Shown here: piece by piece, positions 44,070-49,137 of the stretch | Position numbering within the stretch: the stretch's first letter is position 1 | Layout of the letters: each line of letters opens with the position of its first letter | Source of the DNA: Bacteroidota bacterium | GTDB lineage: Bacteria > Bacteroidota > Bacteroidia > AKYH767-A > 2013-40CM-41-45 | Assembly (NCBI GenBank): GCA_043742705.1 | Contig: JAYTXY010000024.1 | Span: 1 to 49,137 of the forward strand | Length of the DNA stretch: 49,137 bases | Direction of reading: 5' to 3' | Notes under the pieces: model-generated | Told to the model about the DNA's origin: nothing | Database searches by the model: none | What the model saw: the letters and a program-made list of their open reading frames with translations, nothing else | Made by a program: the position numbers and the translations under genes

Positions 44070-44268
44070 TCTAAATAAATTTTGTGCAAAGATAATTAAA
44101 TGGGACGAGGGAGAAGCGAAAAAGACGGTCAACAGTGTTCTTGGTTCCGATTTCGGAATTCGGATTGCCAAAAATTCGGATTGTTCGTTACATTAAATTC
44201 GATCTGCCTTTGGCGGACGTAATCGGCAATTTTCAAATTTTATTTCATACGGATGCACCAAAGGGGTA

Positions 44269-45057
44269 TTACAATTTCTTCTTCGGAATGGTTTGAACAA
44301 TGTATTCGGCAATTTTCAAAAAATTCGCCTGCATGATTTGTTTAATGTCATTGGAATTGCTGGGAAAATCGACCACGGCAACGTCACCGTAAAGCTGTTT
44401 TCCAAAAGCATCATACACTGCATAATGAACCTTGATTTCGCGCCTGTAAATTTTCAGCGCAAGGTCGAGGCAATCATCATAGTTAGTTTTTATTTCAAGT
44501 TGATTGAGAAATACGAAAAGATCAGCACCGTATTTTTGAGAAAGTAATGTGAGCAACTCCGGATGACTCAATCCGATGTTCATGAATTTCAGTTCACGGA
44601 TCTCTTTAACTTTTTTAAGTTGCTTTTTTGAAAGAACAGATTTTCTTTTCAGCGAATCGGCTTTCGTAGCAGGATGAGCAACCGGGAACACTGTATCCAT
44701 CGAGTAATTAACGGAACCGTAAATCATGTTGAGGTCCTTCTCAGTTTCTTTTGAAGCATCAGAAATCAAGGAATAGGTTGGATACACTTTGACCAATTGC
44801 GCGCCAACGGCTTCCGTCAACCCCAGGCGAAACATCGTTCGTAGTTCCGTCACATTTTTTTCTGAATATTCTGCAATATCATGGTCAGCATCCGACACAT
44901 GCATGATCGGGTTGTATGGAACCAGTAAAATCTTTTTGTAAACGGTATCGATTTCAGAATGCAATGCATCGTTACCTGTCATCTGTGCTTGTGTACACAC
45001 AACACCAACGAAAAAAAATAATACAAGAAGAATATTTTTTCTCATATAGTGTTTCAT
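44269..45057 (-). CDS. Hypothetical secreted protein
   Basis: I start at the ATG at 45057 or 45045, giving the signal peptide M(KHYM)RKNILLVLFFFVGVVCTQAQ. No motif is recognised. The track's TTG start at 45111 lies inside repeat copy B. Confidence 0.55.
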   Translation of the reverse strand: MKHYMRKNILLVLFFFVGVVCTQAQMTGNDALHSEIDTVYKKILLVPYNPIMHVSDADHDIAEYSEKNVTELRTMFRLGLTEAVGAQLVKVYPTYSLISDASKETEKDLNMIYGSVNYSMDTVFPVAHPATKADSLKRKSVLSKKQLKKVKEIRELKFMNIGLSHPELLTLLSQKYGADLFVFLNQLEIKTNYDDCLDLALKIYRREIKVHYAVYDAFGKQLYGDVAVVDFPSNSNDIKQIMQANFLKIAEYIVQTIPKKKL

Positions 45058-45069
45058 TGCCTTGGCGAG

Positions 45070-45113
45070 CTTTGCGCCTTTGCGAGATAAAAATTTCACG
45101 CGAAGGCGCAAAG
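45070..45113. repeat. REP-like hairpin element, copy B
   Basis: CTTTGCGCCTTTGCG (45070-45084) pairs with CGCGAAGGCGCAAAG (45099-45113). There is one mismatch, which becomes a G-U pair. The loop is 14 nt and the orientation matches copy A. The flanks also align (GCTTTGCGCCTTTGCGAGA shared). Confidence 0.75.
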
Positions 45114-45195
45114 ACCGTAAAGAATAGTCTTTTGTTTCTGATACGATAAAAAAGAAACGGAGTTCCCTTCGACTACGCTCAGGGTGACAATTAGT

Positions 45196-46518
45196 TTAAT
45201 TGATAACATGTTTCCAGATATCGTTTCCGATGGTGAATGCCATCAGCGCAAGCAAGATCACCATACCGACAATCTGCGCACGCTCCATAAATTTATCGGA
45301 GAATTTTTTCCGAGTGATCGCTTCAACTGTCAGGAAAATCACATGACCACCGTCCAATGCGGGAATCGGCAGGATGTTCATGAAAGCAAGAATCATGGAT
45401 AACAAACCCGTGATGAGCCAGAACCTGCGCCAGTCCCAGATGCCACCGTAAATCGTAGCAATTCCGATCGGACCTTGCAGCGAGTCACTTGCCTTTTCAT
45501 GTCCTGTGAAAATCCGTTTCAATCCTTTCAGGTTGGAAACGATTGCATCAAGAGCATCCGAGGTTCCAAATTTAAAAGAAGAAGACAAATTGTAATCCGT
45601 AAGCGGGTAATTACCCGGAACCAAACCTTGAATAATACCAATGGTTCCCGAATCGCTGACAAGCGGTTGAACACTCACGGAATCAGCTCCGCGGAGAACC
45701 TGAATTGCAACAGACTTGCTCTTGTTTACAAGCATCGAATTTCTGAAAGACTGCGGAGAAACAATTTGAGAATCGTTGACGGCAATGAGCTTATCACCCT
45801 TCTTGAGTCCTGCCATCTCCGCTGGTTTACCAGGCAATATGCTGTCAACAATCAGATCCCAGCGATACGTACTTACAAAATTTCCTTTTCCTGCCTGTGT
45901 AATCTGTCTATAGAAATCGTCAGGAATTACCACGTCAATACTTTTTCCGTTGCGGTCAACGGTGAGTTTGCAACCAAATACGACACGACCGGAAAGCACA
46001 TCATCGAACCGCTCAAATGCCTTTCCGTTGATGGCAACAATTTTATCTCCTGTTTGAAGCCCGACTTTTTGCCCAAGTTCAAAAGCATAAATACCGTCTG
46101 TCACAGCATCGTTGCCAAGGTATTTTTGTTCGTAGTGAAGCAATGAGAATGAATAGATGATAATACCGAGAATGACATTCATTGTTACGCCACCAACCAT
46201 TACGATCAATCGCTGCCATGCTGGTTTAGATCTGAATTCCCAGGACTCCGCAGGTTGTTTCATGGCTTCCGTGTCCATGCTCTCGTCAATCATTCCCGCA
46301 ATTTTTACGTAGCCGCCAAGAGGAAGCCAACCGATTCCGTATTCCGTATCTCCTTTTTTGAAACTGAAAAACTTAAATCCCCATGCATCAAAGAAGAGGT
46401 AAAATTTTTCGACACGAATTCCAAAAGCACGTGCGGCAAGAAAATGCCCCAGTTCGTGAAGTGTCACTAAAATTGCAAGACCCAGAATTAACTGGGCAGC
46501 CATGATTAATCCAGCCAT
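45196..46518 (-). CDS. rseP: RIP metalloprotease RseP (site-2 protease)
   Basis: HELGHFLAAR zinc motif in the first TM helix. PDZ-like segments (GDKIVAINGKAF, PAEMAGLKKGDKLIAVND). C-terminal NILPIPALDGGH motif. Confidence 0.9.
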   Translation of the reverse strand: MAGLIMAAQLILGLAILVTLHELGHFLAARAFGIRVEKFYLFFDAWGFKFFSFKKGDTEYGIGWLPLGGYVKIAGMIDESMDTEAMKQPAESWEFRSKPAWQRLIVMVGGVTMNVILGIIIYSFSLLHYEQKYLGNDAVTDGIYAFELGQKVGLQTGDKIVAINGKAFERFDDVLSGRVVFGCKLTVDRNGKSIDVVIPDDFYRQITQAGKGNFVSTYRWDLIVDSILPGKPAEMAGLKKGDKLIAVNDSQIVSPQSFRNSMLVNKSKSVAIQVLRGADSVSVQPLVSDSGTIGIIQGLVPGNYPLTDYNLSSSFKFGTSDALDAIVSNLKGLKRIFTGHEKASDSLQGPIGIATIYGGIWDWRRFWLITGLLSMILAFMNILPIPALDGGHVIFLTVEAITRKKFSDKFMERAQIVGMVILLALMAFTIGNDIWKHVIN

Positions 46519-46613
46519 TTATATTGATTGATTATTGTTGAGTGATAATTGAATGCAAAGTTGCAAAATAAAACAGCAGGTTGAATGAACCGGCTGTGAA
46601 TAAGAGAAACGCA

Positions 46614-47768
46614 TTAAGCGGGAAGAAATTCTATCGCGCGCTTTCTTGTTTCGCTGTCGGTTTCTACGTAATCTTCGTAGGATGGTTGAGCAATGAATGA
46701 AATTTTTTGCATGCAGCTTTCAATCGTATCCGACATCTCAAGGAAACCAATCTGATCGCGAAGGAATGCAGCCACCACAATTTCGTTGGCGGCATTAATG
46801 ATGCATGGCGCATTTCCGCCACGGTGCATAGCTTCCGTTGCCAATGCAAGGTTTCGAAATGTACTGAGATCCGGTTTTTCAAATGTGAGTGCTGCATAAT
46901 TTGCAAAATCAAAACGTTTGAAATCTGATTTTAAACGTTGCGGATAACCGAGCGCATATTGAATCGGAAGCTTCATGTCGGGCAATCCCATTTGTGCTTT
47001 CATGCTTCCGTCTTCAAACTGAACAATGCTGTGGATGATGCTCTCGGGATGAACAATCACATCAATTTGCTGTGGAGTAAGTCCGAACAACCATTTCGCT
47101 TCAATCATCTCAAGTCCTTTATTCATGAGTGTTGCGGAGTCGATGGTAATTTTTGCTCCCATCTCCCAGTTCGGGTGTTTCAGCGCCTGTTCTTTTTTAA
47201 CGGTGGAGAGAAAATTTTTGTCTTTGCCGCGAAACGGTCCTCCGGAAGCGGTGAGATAAATTTTTTCAATCGCATTGTGCCATTCACCCGCCATGCATTG
47301 AAAGATGGCGGAATGTTCCGAATCAATGGGATAAATGTTAACTGATTTTTCTTTTGCCAGGGAGGTGATGAGTTCACCTGCAACAACAAGAGTTTCTTTG
47401 TTTGCAAGCGCAATTTGTTTTCCTGAACGAATGGCAGCAAGTGTCGGTTTCAATCCGGCATAACCAACCAGGGCTGTAAGCACAATGTCAATCTCATCCA
47501 TCTGAACGGATTGTGTGATTGCATCTTCTCCTGTAAAAACTTTAACAGGAAGTTCTTTCAGTGCCTCACGAACGAGTTGATATTTTGATTCATCTGCAAC
47601 AACAACAGCGTTCGGCAAAAATTCTTTTGCCTGCTGAATGAGCAGTTCAGCATTGCTGTTTGTCGTCAGTACTTCAACGGCAAAACTATTCGGATGAGAC
47701 CTGATTACTTCCAGTGCCTGTGTTCCGATAGAGCCCGTAGAGCCAAGTATAGCGATGTTGCGTTTCAA
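46614..47768 (-). CDS. dxr: 1-deoxy-D-xylulose-5-phosphate reductoisomerase
   Basis: NADPH motif ILGSTGSIGTQALEV, then LANKETLV, DSEHSAIFQC, and HPNWxMG as HPNWEMGAKITIDSATLMNKGLE. The dxr-rseP arrangement is the classic conserved synteny. Confidence 0.95.
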   Translation of the reverse strand: MKRNIAILGSTGSIGTQALEVIRSHPNSFAVEVLTTNSNAELLIQQAKEFLPNAVVVADESKYQLVREALKELPVKVFTGEDAITQSVQMDEIDIVLTALVGYAGLKPTLAAIRSGKQIALANKETLVVAGELITSLAKEKSVNIYPIDSEHSAIFQCMAGEWHNAIEKIYLTASGGPFRGKDKNFLSTVKKEQALKHPNWEMGAKITIDSATLMNKGLEMIEAKWLFGLTPQQIDVIVHPESIIHSIVQFEDGSMKAQMGLPDMKLPIQYALGYPQRLKSDFKRFDFANYAALTFEKPDLSTFRNLALATEAMHRGGNAPCIINAANEIVVAAFLRDQIGFLEMSDTIESCMQKISFIAQPSYEDYVETDSETRKRAIEFLPA

Positions 47769-47835
47769 AAGTTGATGTTGTATTCCGCGAAATTAAACAT
47801 TCCTAAGTTAATAGGATGATCGACACTTATATGTA

Positions 47836-47905
47836 GTCATTCAGGAGGAATCTATTTCTGAATAAATGACACAACTTACTTTGAAATGGATTCCTCCTGA
47901 ATGAC
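47836..47905. repeat. Perfect 17-bp inverted repeat with a 36-nt spacer (REP/MITE-like hairpin)
   Basis: GTCATTCAGGAGGAATC (47836-47852) and GATTCCTCCTGAATGAC (47889-47905). It is intergenic, between the GH3-like stop and the dxr start. No T-run follows on either strand. Confidence 0.8.
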
Positions 47906-47961
47906 GGCATTGATTGGTTCAGAATGAAGAAGGAAAGTATTCGCGTTCTTAAAGAAGCAGT

Positions 47962-49137
47962 TTATTGAATGTACTGTTTCATCTCCTCCGCAATGTTCCT
48001 GTCATTCGAAAGCCGCGGAACTTTATTTTGTCCGCCCAACTTTCCTTTTGATCTCATGAAAGAAATAAAAGAATCTTTTTGCAGCGATCGCAATTTCAGT
48101 GGTTGCAAAATATGGCCGAGAATTAAATCACGGTAGTAACTATTTTGCTGTTGCAGCGATTCGTCAATCGTTAAACGAAACTTTTCCATGTCGTGTGGAG
48201 GAGACGAAAACTCAATAAACCATTCATGATGCGGCAATTCACCGGGCTCAGGATTCACCTGCGGAGCCACGGTGAACTCAATTACTTCAGCATGCTGTTC
48301 GTGTGCAGCTTTCATCAATGCATTTTCCACTTCCTCCGCAATCACATGCTCTCCGAATGCGGAGATGTAATGCTTGATTCTTCCGGTTACAATTATTTTG
48401 TACGGATTTTTTGAAACGAACTTAACGGTGTCGCCCAAACTGTATCCCCACAAACCCGCATTAGTATTAAGTATGATGGCGTAGTTAATTCCAAGTTCCA
48501 CATCACCGATTGAAATCCGTTCCGGCTTTTCGGAAAAGTAATCTGATGCGGGAATGAACTCATAAAAAATTCCTGTGTTTAAAAGAAGTAACAACCCATT
48601 GTCTTTTTGCGAATCCTGGTATGCAATGAATCCTTCTGATGCCGGATACAATTCAATTGAATCCACTTTTCTTCCAATGCTCCCCTCAAATTTTTTCCGG
48701 TACGGTTCATAGTTCACGCCACCGTAAACAAAAAGAGAAAAGTCGGGAAAAAGGTCTTTGATTTTCTTCCCGGTTTTTTCATGGAGCTTGTCGAAATACA
48801 TTTGTACCCACGGAGGAATACCGCTGATGAAGGTCATGTTCTGCGGCATCGTTTCAGCCACTATTGCATCCAGTTTTCTTTCCCAGTCTTCAACACAATT
48901 TGTTTTGTAAGAAGGAAGCTGTTTTTTTTTCAGGTATTGTGGAACATGGTGATTCACAATTCCGCTGAGCCTGCCGATGGGAATTCCTCTGAGGTTATCC
49001 AGTTTTGGACTGCCGGAAATAAAAATTAATTTTCCATCCAGGAATTTTGAATTGCCTGTTTCGTGAATGTAGCTTAACAATGCATTCCGTGTGGAGTTGA
49101 GATGATTTGGGAGAGATTCTTTCGTAATCGGAATATA
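47962..49137 (-). CDS. GH3-family (auxin-responsive promoter-like) acyl-adenylate-forming protein; the 5' end runs off the right edge of the window
   Basis: The reading frame stays open upstream of the track's ATG at 49080 to the window end (..YIPITKESLPNHLNSTRNALLSYIHETGNSKF..). The family layout includes YPASEGFIAYQD and the C-terminal GQNKVPRLSNDR. Confidence 0.8.
   Translation of the reverse strand, partial: YIPITKESLPNHLNSTRNALLSYIHETGNSKFLDGKLIFISGSPKLDNLRGIPIGRLSGIVNHHVPQYLKKKQLPSYKTNCVEDWERKLDAIVAETMPQNMTFISGIPPWVQMYFDKLHEKTGKKIKDLFPDFSLFVYGGVNYEPYRKKFEGSIGRKVDSIELYPASEGFIAYQDSQKDNGLLLLLNTGIFYEFIPASDYFSEKPERISIGDVELGINYAIILNTNAGLWGYSLGDTVKFVSKNPYKIIVTGRIKHYISAFGEHVIAEEVENALMKAAHEQHAEVIEFTVAPQVNPEPGELPHHEWFIEFSSPPHDMEKFRLTIDESLQQQNSYYRDLILGHILQPLKLRSLQKDSFISFMRSKGKLGGQNKVPRLSNDRNIAEEMKQYIQ

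Noticed and set aside
44070-44171. The longer N-terminus of the aldehyde dehydrogenase ORF (MAIRIPKSEPRTLLTVFFASPSSHLIIFAQNLFR).
   Set aside because: The extension runs through repeat-like intergenic sequence and has no ALDH features. The ATG at 44069 gives a normal family N-terminus.
45165-45188. CCCTTCGACTACGCTCAGGGTGAC downstream of rseP, which recalls repeat-derived motifs seen in some Bacteroidota genomes.
   Set aside because: There is only one copy in this window and only a weak 4-bp stem, so it cannot be established as a repeat or a structure from this sequence alone.
46562-46598. A possible minus-strand terminator between dxr and rseP (ACAGC...GCTGT followed by TTTTATTTTG on the minus strand).
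   Set aside because: The stem is only 5 bp. dxr and rseP are normally co-transcribed, so the evidence is too weak to list as a feature.
1-49137. I looked for CRISPR arrays, transposases, integrases, phage genes, toxin-antitoxin pairs and known defence-system components (nucleases, helicases, STAND/AAA ATPases, methylase-restriction pairs).
   Set aside because: None was found. Every long ORF has a housekeeping, envelope or signalling assignment, or is a plain hypothetical secreted protein. The only methyltransferases (FkbM-type, class I SAM) have no nuclease partner.

Overview
This window reads as a chromosomal segment of a Bacteroidota genome. The evidence for the phylum is two proteins ending in T9SS-type C-terminal sorting domains, several exact TAnnTTTG -7 promoter boxes, and DUF2147, TlpA and GH3-like genes. 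About 36 protein genes and 2 tRNAs (Asn-GTT, Ser-GGA) are tightly packed. Most are housekeeping: rnr (partial), mnmG, kup, ansA, a dus gene, tatD, dxr-rseP, SOD, an aldehyde dehydrogenase and a 2054-aa alpha-2-macroglobulin. I found no transposase, integrase, CRISPR array or recognisable defence genes. The best candidate for an undescribed system is a minus-strand cluster at 35454-41699. It encodes a TlpA-like thiol-disulfide oxidoreductase, then a pentaheme c-type cytochrome with an apparent T9SS sorting tail, then a T9SS-tailed FG-GAP/UnbV beta-propeller protein. That combination suggests a surface-displayed redox module. Other notable points: (1) an exact parS centromere site and a one-mismatch copy flank mnmG, which suggests an origin-proximal location; (2) a cst-like sulfur-detoxification operon (TauE exporter, MBL-rhodanese fusion, thioredoxin) lies just downstream of an ECF sigma and an HxxxCxxC anti-sigma pair; (3) several short dispersed intergenic repeat families are present, including a 15-bp-arm hairpin element found twice; (4) a frame-shifting (TCAAAAA)x4 tandem repeat sits inside ansA; (5) a signalling and export neighbourhood spans 18271-24979. 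Functional calls rest on motifs I read in the translations. No database search was run.
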